This document shows, in pieces, positions 50,634 through 59,486 of a stretch of DNA of 64,000 bases. The stretch covers positions 32,001-96,000 of the forward strand of contig JBHHTW010000002.1 in assembly GCA_046861385.1 (NCBI GenBank), in the 5' to 3' direction. Positions within the stretch are counted from its first letter, which is position 1. Each line of letters starts with the position of its first letter. Both the position numbers and the translations under genes were made by a program. A model generated the notes under the pieces. That model searched no databases and was not told where the DNA came from. It was given only the letters and a program-made list of their open reading frames with translations. The stretch is from Fidelibacterota bacterium. GTDB taxonomy: Bacteria > Fidelibacterota > Marinisomatia > Marinisomatales > TCS55.

Positions 50634-51409
50634 TGGAATTATTTAAAATTGGTTTTTTAACTGTATCCCTCATTGATATAATAGATTTAGCGCTGGTGAG
50701 CTGGTTATTTTATAGAATTTATCAGTATTTTAAGGAAACCAGGGCGGGACAGATGCTTGTGGGACTTATTATTTTGTTGATCGCATCCTTTATTTTTAAT
50801 GCGATTGGTTTTAGTGCATCATCATGGCTGGTGAATCAATTCCAAACGGTTTGGGTAGTGGCGTTTGTTATTTTGTTTCAACCTGAATTACGCAGAATGC
50901 TTATTTACATAGGACAAACACGATTATTCCAAACCATTTTCCGCATGGGTACGTCAAAATCTATTGAAGAATTGGTGGATGCTATCAATAACCTCATAGA
51001 AAACAAGTGGGGGGCTTTGATTGTTATCCAGAGAGAAACCGGTTTACGAATTTATAAAGAAGCCGGTACGCAGTTAAAAGCAGAAGTTTCGTCCGCATTA
51101 ATTCAATCAATTTTTAATCCAAAGTCGCCTCTTCATGACGGGGCAATCATTATCCAAAATGAAATAATAGAATCTGCAGCAAGTATTTTACCTCTAACTG
51201 AAAGCAGTATGGTTGACCCGGCCATGGGAACACGTCATCGGGCTGCTCTTGGAATCACGGAAGAATCGGATGCAATCGCCATTGTCGTTTCCGAGGAAAA
51301 ACAACGCATATCTGTCGCGGAAAACGGTCGGTTTATGAATATTGGAATGGATGAAATGGAATTACGTCGTTTTCTCAATGAACAGCTTTTTATGTCTTCA
51401 GGGGATTAA
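50633..51409 (+). CDS. cdaA: Membrane-bound diadenylate cyclase CdaA
   Basis: Three TM helices, FQPELRR, LHDGA, GTRHRAA, VSEE. Confidence 0.93.
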   Translation: MELFKIGFLTVSLIDIIDLALVSWLFYRIYQYFKETRAGQMLVGLIILLIASFIFNAIGFSASSWLVNQFQTVWVVAFVILFQPELRRMLIYIGQTRLFQTIFRMGTSKSIEELVDAINNLIENKWGALIVIQRETGLRIYKEAGTQLKAEVSSALIQSIFNPKSPLHDGAIIIQNEIIESAASILPLTESSMVDPAMGTRHRAALGITEESDAIAIVVSEEKQRISVAENGRFMNIGMDEMELRRFLNEQLFMSSGD

Positions 51410-52170
51410 TGCAGGAAATTACCGGTGAAATTTGGGCATACGCCCTGGGGAGTGTTTTAATTGTAAGCCTTATTTCATTAGTGGGAATTGTAACATTGAC
51501 CTTCTCTCGTGTATTTTTAAATAAAATTCTACTTTTTCTTGTAAGCTTTGCAGTTGGGAGTTTATTGGGTGGTGCTTTTATTCATTTGATTCCGGAAGCA
51601 TTTGATTCTGACCTGGATACTTTAGTTGTTTCCGGGGCGGTGTTATCCGGAATTGTTCTCTTTTTTGTCTTAGAAAAATTTCTTCGCTGGAGGCATTGTC
51701 ATCATGAAACCACGGAGAATCACGTTCATCCAGTGGTCCCAATGAATATTTTCGGCGATGCAATGCATAATTTTATTGACGGTATCCTTATTGGTATTTC
51801 CTACGCTGTCAGTATTCCAATTGGCTTGGCCACTACCGTGGCTGTATTGCTTCATGAAATTCCTCAGGAAATTGGAGATTTTGGAATTCTGGTTCATGGC
51901 GGATTGACAGTTCGGAAAGCATTATTTTTTAATTATGCTTCTGCTCTCACTTCATTTTTAGGGGTTGTAATTGCATTAATGTTAGGTTCTTCAATGGAAA
52001 ATTTCGCCCTGTTCTTATTGCCCCTTACAGCCGGAGGTTTTATTTATATTGCCGGATCAGACTTGATTCCAGAACTCCATGATAATACGGATATTTCCAT
52101 ATCCATTTTACAGTTGATCGCCTTACTTGGAGGAATTGGTGTTATGTTTGGATTAACGGCTATTTTTTAA
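51409..52170 (+). CDS. ZIP family metal transporter
   Basis: HLIPEA, HCHH loop, HNFIDG, HEIPQEIGDF, DLIPEL. Confidence 0.9.
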   Translation: MQEITGEIWAYALGSVLIVSLISLVGIVTLTFSRVFLNKILLFLVSFAVGSLLGGAFIHLIPEAFDSDLDTLVVSGAVLSGIVLFFVLEKFLRWRHCHHETTENHVHPVVPMNIFGDAMHNFIDGILIGISYAVSIPIGLATTVAVLLHEIPQEIGDFGILVHGGLTVRKALFFNYASALTSFLGVVIALMLGSSMENFALFLLPLTAGGFIYIAGSDLIPELHDNTDISISILQLIALLGGIGVMFGLTAIF

Positions 52171-52206
52171 ACATCTTTCATATTTAATAAAATTTTAAAT
52201 TCAATT

Positions 52207-53302
52207 ATGGAATTACTGGACTTAAAAAACAACTACTCATCTGCGGAAACCAAGCATCACGAACTCCGGAGGCATCTTTGACCTCGAGTCAAAGAAAATT
52301 GAATTAGAAAAACTCCGCCTGAAGTCCGGCGCACCGGATTTTTGGAATGACAACAATGCCGCCCAGGCAATCCTGAAAAAAATATCCCTATTAGAAAAAG
52401 AACTCACCCTGTGGACAGATTTGGAAACGCGCCACGGTGATGTGGAGGTATTATTGGAGTTTGCTGAAAGCGGTGATGCAGAATTGGAGGAGGTAGCTGA
52501 AGAACTTCAATCTTATGCAAAAATCATAGAAGAAGTTGAATTAAAAATGATCTTGGGTGATGACCAGGATACGCTTGACGCTATTGTGACCATCCACCCG
52601 GGAGCAGGCGGCACAGAAAGCCAGGACTGGGCAGAAATGCTTTATCGGATGTATAGCCGTTGGGTGGAGAAAAAAGATTTTAAAAAAGAAATGATGGATT
52701 ACCAGCCGGGAGATGAAGCAGGACTGAAGGATGTAACTTTTGAGGTAAAAGGAGATTATGCTTTCGGCTTATTGAAAGCAGAAGCAGGTATTCATCGTTT
52801 GGTTCGTATTTCACCTTTCGATTCCAATAGCCGCCGCCATACGTCTTTTGCATCTGTATTTGTTTACCCCAGCAGTGATGAAGAGATCGAAATTGAAATT
52901 GATCCTAGCGATCTGCGGATTGATACCTATCGAGCCAGTGGTGCAGGCGGACAGCATGTAAATAAGACTGATTCAGCCATCCGTATTACCTATATTCCTA
53001 CGGGTATAGTGGCTCAATGCCAAAATGAACGTTCGCAACATAAAAATAAGGCTACAGCCCTGAAAGTGTTAAAAGCGCGACTATACCAATTGGAAGTTGA
53101 TAAACAAAAAGAAGACGCACAGGAATTGGAGGATACCAAAATGGATATTGGTTGGGGGAGTCAGATTCGGTCCTACGTATTTCATCCATATAATATGGTG
53201 AAGGATCATCGTACTAAAGAGGAAACTGGGAATATTTCAGCTGTAATGGACGGGGATTTGGACAAATTTATACGAGCGTATTTGATCAGCCGGTTGAAAT
53301 AG
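52207..53302 (+). CDS. prfB: Peptide chain release factor 2 with programmed +1 frameshift
   Basis: 24 codons (MELLDLK..RRHL) ending CTT-TGA-C at 52276-52282, continuing in the +1 frame; SPF and GGQ motifs. Confidence 0.96.
52268..52282 (+). promoter_or_regulatory. RF2 frameshift cassette
   Basis: GGAGG-CAT-CTT-TGA-C: internal SD 3 nt before the slippery CTT-TGA. Confidence 0.95.
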
Positions 53303-53398
53303 TAAAGTCCGGATTTGACTTTTTCCGAAATGGTAATAAATTATTAAAAGTAAGCATGAGAATTAGCTTTTATCACAAATTTAATATGAGTTAAACAG

Positions 53399-53424
53399 TA
53401 GCCCCGATATGAGTGTCGGGACTA
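53399..53424. repeat. Imperfect REP-like hairpin
   Basis: TAGCCCCGATA-TGAG-TGTCGGGACTA. Confidence 0.4.
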
Positions 53425-53721
53425 TTAAATTATTACATCTTTTTAGTGTTTACCGTTTCTGGTGATATTGGTTAAAATAATTTCATTTCGATGGGATTCA
53501 CCGGCAGTACTGATAATCACACCGATTCGTCTACTATCGGAGTTAATCGCCAATCATCAGCCCAAAAATTAAACAAGGAAGGGGTAACTTGATTGTAACT
53601 TCAATATATGGAGGTTGCCTGACTCCGAAGGAGTAGTATGAACTTTACTCAATATAGTACATTTAGACGTATGTTGGGGTAACTGAAATAGTCTTAATAT
53701 ATTCTAATGCCTTTTAAAAAG

Positions 53722-53770
53722 TACTGCAGACATTCTTGTCTGCAGTATGACAGACAAGAATATCTGTCAT
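53722..53770. repeat. Inverted pair of REP-like palindromes (BIME-like)
   Basis: TACTGCAGACA-TTCT-TGTCTGCAGTA overlapping by 1 nt with ATGACAGACA-AGAA-TATCTGTCAT; the cores are reverse complements with one mismatch. Confidence 0.7.
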
Positions 53771-53860
53771 ATATCCACAACAAACTTAAACTGATAATTT
53801 TTTTCAGGTATGGTTTTATTCCACGAAATTTCCATCCACATCGAGCAAAAGTCGTTCGCC

Positions 53861-53921
53861 TTGACAAGGTGGGATGAAATGTATTTTGAATTAACTAAAA
53901 CCGTTTTTCCCACCTTGTCAA
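53861..53921. repeat. 14-bp perfect inverted repeat with 33-nt spacer
   Basis: TTGACAAGGTGGGA (53861-53874) / TCCCACCTTGTCAA (53908-53921). Confidence 0.8.
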
Positions 53922-53931
53922 AGTCAATTTC

Positions 53932-56748
53932 TTATTCCACAGGATTTCCGTCAGGGTCGAGTAAAATTGGATCTCCAAATCCAAGGGATTTCATCCCTTC
54001 AAGCTGTGTGGCTGCATCCCCAACAACCAAATATATCATTTCATCCGGACGGATCCATTTCTGTGCCAGTTCATTATGACTCTCAATGGTCATTTGACGG
54101 ATAATATTTTCCTGATCGTTTATGTAATCAAACGGCAAATTGTAAGTTGCAATATTATCAATCATTCCCCGCAGAGCCCCTAATGTTTCAAATCTTCGGG
54201 CATTGGATTTTAGCAGAACATTTTTAGTGAATTCCAAATCCTCTGATGATATTGGATCCCGATAAGCGGTCATCAGCTCTTTAAATATATTGATTGATTC
54301 CTCTGTGGTATTTGATTGCACACCAGAAGAAGCAGTGAATTTCCCTAGGAATTTTGTTCCGGTAAAACGTGTGCGGGCACCATAAGTAAATCCTTTCTCT
54401 TCCCGAAGAACCAAATTCACATTTCCGCTGAAATTCCCTCCCAATTTCATATTCATCACCGTTGCTGGGAAAAAGTCCGGATCGGTGCGCGCCAATCCCA
54501 GATATCCGATTCTAATTTCTGATTGCTTTGCGTTGGGAACATCTACAAAATATACTTTTGGATCGGATTCAGGTTGTGGCAATTCATATTTAGGAAATGT
54601 TACTTTTTTTATCTCCCACTTGTTTACCAAGCCACGAAATGCTTTCAAAGCCTGGCTACGACTTATATCGCCGACAATAGTAATGGTAGCTAAGTCAGCG
54701 GAAAAATTCTTTGCATAATAGTTTTTAAGGTCATCCAGCTTGATTAAATCTAATGCTTCTACCGTCCCAACTGTTTCATTGGCAAGGATATGATTCTTAT
54801 ATAGTAGCTTATTAAAGACCTTAGATGCGATGGCAGATGGCACGGATGCCCGTCGTTTGATGGCTTCCGCTGTTTCTCTTTTAACACGATCAAATTCTGT
54901 TTCATCCCAACGGGGTTCGAATAATATTTCTTCAACCAGTGCCAGCGTCGCTTCAAAATTTCGTTTCAAGGTTGTTACTTCCACGCCGATGGTTTCCTTT
55001 CCGGTATACATCGTGATGGAAGACCCCAGCGCATCAATAGCTTCTTCAAGTTCGATAGGTGTTCTATTTGCTGTACCTTGCATCATCAAATCGGAAATAA
55101 GATTTGCTACTCCCACTTTTTCCTGGTCATCCAAAAGTATTCCCCCTTCAATTTGAATACCGAAATTGATTAATGGGAGTTCGTCGTGCTTGGTGCCATA
55201 AATAGAAACGCCATTTTTATAAGCATAATGCCATATTCTTGGGAGATGTAGCCGTGGTTGCGGACCATCAACCGGTTCCACAGATCGATCAAACAAAGAA
55301 GGAATATTTTCTATATCTATACTGTTCACTATCGTTTCTTTTGCGCTTTTTTCAACGATTTTTTCTTCCTGAACTGGAAAGAAAACGGAACCGTCTGCCG
55401 CCAGATCCACTTTGCCTTTTGGAACGAAACTGGTCATAACATAATTCTGGCCTTTTATATATTTTTTGTACACCCGTTTAATGTCATCCATATTGACATC
55501 GAGTACTTTCTGCAATTCTTCTGCAATAGCATCCGGCGAGCCATAATATTCATTATATTGTGCCAGTTGAAATCCTTTACTTAAAACAGAAGAAATGCCC
55601 CGATAGAAGCCGGTTTCATATTTGGCTTTCAACCTCTCAAGATCTTCATCTGTGAAACCATCAATTTCAAAACGGGAAAATGATTCATGAATAGCCGATT
55701 CTACTTCTGTTAAATTGGAAGTTGGAAATGCATTAACGACTATTTTGAATGTCCCGGCTATTTCCTGTGCTCCATTGTATGAGTAAAGTGTGGGAGCCAG
55801 TTTTTTTTCCTCGACGATTACTTTGTACAATGGCGCTTTTTTTCCATCACCTAAAAGCTGTCCAAATAATTCAAGGGCAGCCGCATCGGGATGCCTTTGG
55901 TCTACTGTGGGAAACACCATGGTTAACCGAGGGGAACTGGCAAAATTATCTTCGTAATATAGTTTTTTTGTTTCATTAAGCTGTACAGGTATGGGTTTAG
56001 GATCTTCAAAAACAGGGCCGGATTTAATTTCTCCAAAATATTTTTCGACGAATTTTTTAACTTGCCTTTTATTAATATCACCGGCAATCACCATCGTGGC
56101 ATTATTGGGTCCATACCATTTTTCGTAGAAATCACGAACATCTTTTAATGTTGCGTTTTGCAAATCTTCTAATTCTCCGATTACTGTCCAATTGTATGGA
56201 TGTCCCTCAGGGTAAAGGTTTTTAATAATAATATAATTATTATAACCATAGGGACGGTTATCTACCCGTTGGCGTTTTTCATTTTGAACCACTTCCTGCT
56301 GGTTCTCAAAAGAAGATTGCGTCACAGTAGAAAGGAGCCATCCCATGCGGTCAGATTCCATCCAGAGGACTGTTTCTAATGCATTTTTGGGTACGATCTC
56401 GTAGTAAACGGTTCCGTCTTCCCATGTACCGCCATTTAACGTGCCGCCGACATTTTGAATCTTTTTGAAAAACTGATCTTGACCGACGTGCTGGGATTCC
56501 TGGAAAAGCATATGTTCAAACAGATGGGCAAATCCGGTTCTTCCGGGAATTTCGCGATTGGAACCAACGTGGTATTGAATGGCGACTCCAACGATTGGAT
56601 CTGATTTATCCTCGTGTAAAATGACGGTTAATCCATTATCCAATAAGTATTTTTCATAATCAATTGTAAATGGTGTAATGGCATTGATTATGCAATTATT
56701 TAAAAGAAGAGTTATAAAAATGTTGAAAATCATTGATTTTTTAAACAT
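53932..56748 (-). CDS. Secreted M16 family zinc metallopeptidase (PqqL/insulinase-like)
   Basis: Signal peptide; TGFAHLFEH (HxxEH); NEKRQR; LREEKGFTYG; AGGAG SD. Confidence 0.9.
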   Translation of the reverse strand: MFKKSMIFNIFITLLLNNCIINAITPFTIDYEKYLLDNGLTVILHEDKSDPIVGVAIQYHVGSNREIPGRTGFAHLFEHMLFQESQHVGQDQFFKKIQNVGGTLNGGTWEDGTVYYEIVPKNALETVLWMESDRMGWLLSTVTQSSFENQQEVVQNEKRQRVDNRPYGYNNYIIIKNLYPEGHPYNWTVIGELEDLQNATLKDVRDFYEKWYGPNNATMVIAGDINKRQVKKFVEKYFGEIKSGPVFEDPKPIPVQLNETKKLYYEDNFASSPRLTMVFPTVDQRHPDAAALELFGQLLGDGKKAPLYKVIVEEKKLAPTLYSYNGAQEIAGTFKIVVNAFPTSNLTEVESAIHESFSRFEIDGFTDEDLERLKAKYETGFYRGISSVLSKGFQLAQYNEYYGSPDAIAEELQKVLDVNMDDIKRVYKKYIKGQNYVMTSFVPKGKVDLAADGSVFFPVQEEKIVEKSAKETIVNSIDIENIPSLFDRSVEPVDGPQPRLHLPRIWHYAYKNGVSIYGTKHDELPLINFGIQIEGGILLDDQEKVGVANLISDLMMQGTANRTPIELEEAIDALGSSITMYTGKETIGVEVTTLKRNFEATLALVEEILFEPRWDETEFDRVKRETAEAIKRRASVPSAIASKVFNKLLYKNHILANETVGTVEALDLIKLDDLKNYYAKNFSADLATITIVGDISRSQALKAFRGLVNKWEIKKVTFPKYELPQPESDPKVYFVDVPNAKQSEIRIGYLGLARTDPDFFPATVMNMKLGGNFSGNVNLVLREEKGFTYGARTRFTGTKFLGKFTASSGVQSNTTEESINIFKELMTAYRDPISSEDLEFTKNVLLKSNARRFETLGALRGMIDNIATYNLPFDYINDQENIIRQMTIESHNELAQKWIRPDEMIYLVVGDAATQLEGMKSLGFGDPILLDPDGNPVE

Positions 56749-56761
56749 GGAATTCTCCTTT

Positions 56762-56878
56762 TAGAAGGCTGTGTAAAACCCTGTACGTAAAGAAAAGAGA
56801 ATTAAAATTTGGCAGGAACGAAAAGCAGACGAAATTTAAACTTTTAAATTTGTGTATCGGGTTTTGCAAAGCCTTCTA
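56762..56878. mobile_element. 117-bp MITE-like element with terminal inverted repeats
   Basis: TAGAAGGCTGTGTAAAACCC (56762-56781) versus the reverse complement of 56859-56878, TAGAAGGCTTTGCAAAACCC: 18/20 match; AT-rich non-coding interior. Confidence 0.6.
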
Positions 56879-57098
56879 TTACCAAAATGAATTGTAGTTG
56901 ATACAATAAACAAAATATCTGATTATTACATATCGGCAAAAATTACGTAAAATGATTGTTTTATTATATGGATATTATATTTTACTGAGTTGATGAACTA
57001 ATAAACCAAAATTGGGTTGCATAATGATGGAAAAAGAAATCTTTGCGGCAGGTATAAATAATATGCTACTTTTAGTACGTTAAGGTGATCCTGTTTAA

Positions 57099-57773
57099 AT
57101 GAGTAGACGTTTCATGAAATATTTATTTCGCATTTTACCTGTTTTTTGTACGCTTATGGTGGCGGTCTTCTTGTTTAATGCCTGTGATGATAACAATACA
57201 GATGATATACCTGACGAATTACAAAAAGGGGAAGGGTTGATACCTGCTGTCATTGGCAACAGATGGATTTACTCAGATTCTCTTTGGATCGCCGATTCCT
57301 TGTGGCATGCAAATTTTGATACGGTTGAAATAATTGATACCCTAATGAGGGGCGATCAGATCTGGTGGCAAACAAAAAGTTATATACCTGATTTATATAA
57401 TGATGACCCTTATCATAATCCAAACCAAGATGCTGGAGAATTCTACATCCGTAACGACAGTATTTTTGGAGTTACTTATAATTGGGGAAATCGCGAAACC
57501 GTATTACGTTTCATCCCGCCTCCTGATACATCCACCAGTTATTATGTCTGGTATGAAGATACTGGATGGATAAGAACGGCGGTCATGCAGCCGGAGTCAA
57601 TTACTGTTCCGGCCGGAACATTTGACAGTTGCGGTGTATATACTGATATTACTATTGAATCCGATATAATACATGTCATTGCCCCAGGTGTGGGAGTTCT
57701 TCAGCGTTCTGTAATAGGTTCAAGTTTAAGATGGATAATTACTTTAATTGGTTATGAATTAGTTCTTGACTGA
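57099..57773 (+). CDS. Lipoprotein of unknown function
   Basis: Basic N-terminus, hydrophobic stretch, lipobox FNAC; GNRWIY, ITVPAGTF..C and APGVG motifs. Confidence 0.75.
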   Translation: MSRRFMKYLFRILPVFCTLMVAVFLFNACDDNNTDDIPDELQKGEGLIPAVIGNRWIYSDSLWIADSLWHANFDTVEIIDTLMRGDQIWWQTKSYIPDLYNDDPYHNPNQDAGEFYIRNDSIFGVTYNWGNRETVLRFIPPPDTSTSYYVWYEDTGWIRTAVMQPESITVPAGTFDSCGVYTDITIESDIIHVIAPGVGVLQRSVIGSSLRWIITLIGYELVLD

Positions 57774-57795
57774 AATATTCTAAAACGGATTAAAT

Positions 57796-57825
57796 CCTTT
57801 CAAAGGTTTGTGAACCTTTGAAAGG
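57796..57825. repeat. 13-bp inverted repeat built from two palindromic units
   Basis: CCTTTCAAAGGTT-TGTG-AACCTTTGAAAGG, 22 nt after the lipoprotein stop. Confidence 0.7.
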
Positions 57826-57992
57826 TTACCGGCAAGTTATCTCATGAAGTCGGGTGACTTCTCTCAATCAATAAATGATTTTTGTATAAAATATAACATT
57901 TGAAAAGTCAGTGATGGTATTTATCAAAAGAATCATTTAAGCACTACCCCCACTATATTTAAATTAACAGCTTTCAAACTAAAAGAATATTC

Positions 57993-59486
57993 ATGACAGA
58001 CGATCATAAAAGCTTAAACGAAATCATTCGCTTTCGAAGAGAGAAACTGGATGCACTAAAGGAAAAGGGTGTTAACCCTTATCCACATAATTATAATCCA
58101 ACCCATACCAGCGGCGAGGCTCTTGCGAAATATGATGAGTTAGAAGGTAAAGATGTCACCGTCGCCGGCCGGATTATGGCTCTCCGTAAAATGGGTAAAG
58201 CATCCTTTTTTCATATCCAGGATATGGGTGGTCGAATCCAGGTGTACATTCGACGAGATGATGTGGGCGAAGATGCTTATGCTCATTTTAAACTCATGGA
58301 TATTGGGGATTTTGTTGGTGTAAAGGGTTTTTTGTTTACGACTAAAATGGGTGAAAAGTCAATCCACGCCAAGGAATTTACTGTATTAGCAAAGAGCATT
58401 CGTCCTCTTCCGGTTGTGAAGGAAAAGGATGGTGAAACATTCGACGCATTCGAAGATAAGGAATTACGCTATCGCAACCGTCATTTAGACCTTATCGTAA
58501 ATCCCGGCGTCAGAGATGTTTTTGTAAAGCGAGCGAAAGTTATTAGCAAAATAAGGAATTATTTAGATGGATTAGGGTTTCTTGAAGTGGAAACACCTGC
58601 CCTTCAACCTCTTTACGGAGGCGCCAATGCAAGGCCATTTACAACACATCATAATGCTTTGGACCAAAAACTCTATCTACGCATCGCAGATGAATTATAC
58701 CTAAAACGCCTTATTATAGGTGGTTTCGACCGCGTCTATGAATTGGCAAAAGATTTTCGAAATGAAGGTATGGATCGAAGCCACAATCCTGAGTTTACCA
58801 TGCTGGAATTATATTGGGCTTATGCAGACTATGAAAACATTATGGAACTAGTGGAAGATATGTTTCGCAGCGCAGCAGAAACTGTTGGAAAAACCAAGGT
58901 GCATTGGCAGGGAAATGAAATCAATCTTTCCAAATCATTCTCACGGAAACCCATTCTGGAATTATTACAGGAAGCTACCGGGAAAAATTTGGGATCTGCA
59001 ACAGACGATGAAATGATAAAACTATGTAAGTCCCATAATATTGATGTGGACGACAATGCCAATTATGGTCAGATGCTGGATGAACTTATGAGTGAACTAG
59101 TAGAGCCAAAACTTATTCAACCCACATTTGTCACTGATTATCCCAAAGCCATTTCACCGTTGGCAAAAGCCCATCGCAATGGGGATACTAACTTAGTGGA
59201 ACGATTTGAATTATTTATAGGCGGCGCTGAATTTGCCAATGCATTTACTGAATTAAATGACCCTGTCGATCAGCGTGAACGATTGGAGGCACAAGCAAGA
59301 TTGAGGGAAAAAGGTGATGAAGAGGCACAACCTGTTGATGAAAATTTTATTCAGGCAATGGAGTGCGGCATGCCGCCGACAGGCGGTGTTGGAGTCGGCA
59401 TTGACCGTCTTACGATGCTTCTGACAGAACAAAATACGATTAAAGATGTCATTCTTTTTCCCGCTATGCGGACGATCGATGAATGA
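57993..59486 (+). CDS. lysS: Lysine--tRNA ligase (class II)
   Basis: MGKASF, GGANARPF, YLRIADELYLKRL, FRNEG, HNPEFT, GIDRL. Confidence 0.97.
   Translation: MTDDHKSLNEIIRFRREKLDALKEKGVNPYPHNYNPTHTSGEALAKYDELEGKDVTVAGRIMALRKMGKASFFHIQDMGGRIQVYIRRDDVGEDAYAHFKLMDIGDFVGVKGFLFTTKMGEKSIHAKEFTVLAKSIRPLPVVKEKDGETFDAFEDKELRYRNRHLDLIVNPGVRDVFVKRAKVISKIRNYLDGLGFLEVETPALQPLYGGANARPFTTHHNALDQKLYLRIADELYLKRLIIGGFDRVYELAKDFRNEGMDRSHNPEFTMLELYWAYADYENIMELVEDMFRSAAETVGKTKVHWQGNEINLSKSFSRKPILELLQEATGKNLGSATDDEMIKLCKSHNIDVDDNANYGQMLDELMSELVEPKLIQPTFVTDYPKAISPLAKAHRNGDTNLVERFELFIGGAEFANAFTELNDPVDQRERLEAQARLREKGDEEAQPVDENFIQAMECGMPPTGGVGVGIDRLTMLLTEQNTIKDVILFPAMRTIDE

Noticed and set aside
53304-53324. AAAGTC-CGGATTT-GACTTT hairpin after prfB as a terminator
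   Set aside because: Weak AT-rich 6-bp stem with a short U-tract.
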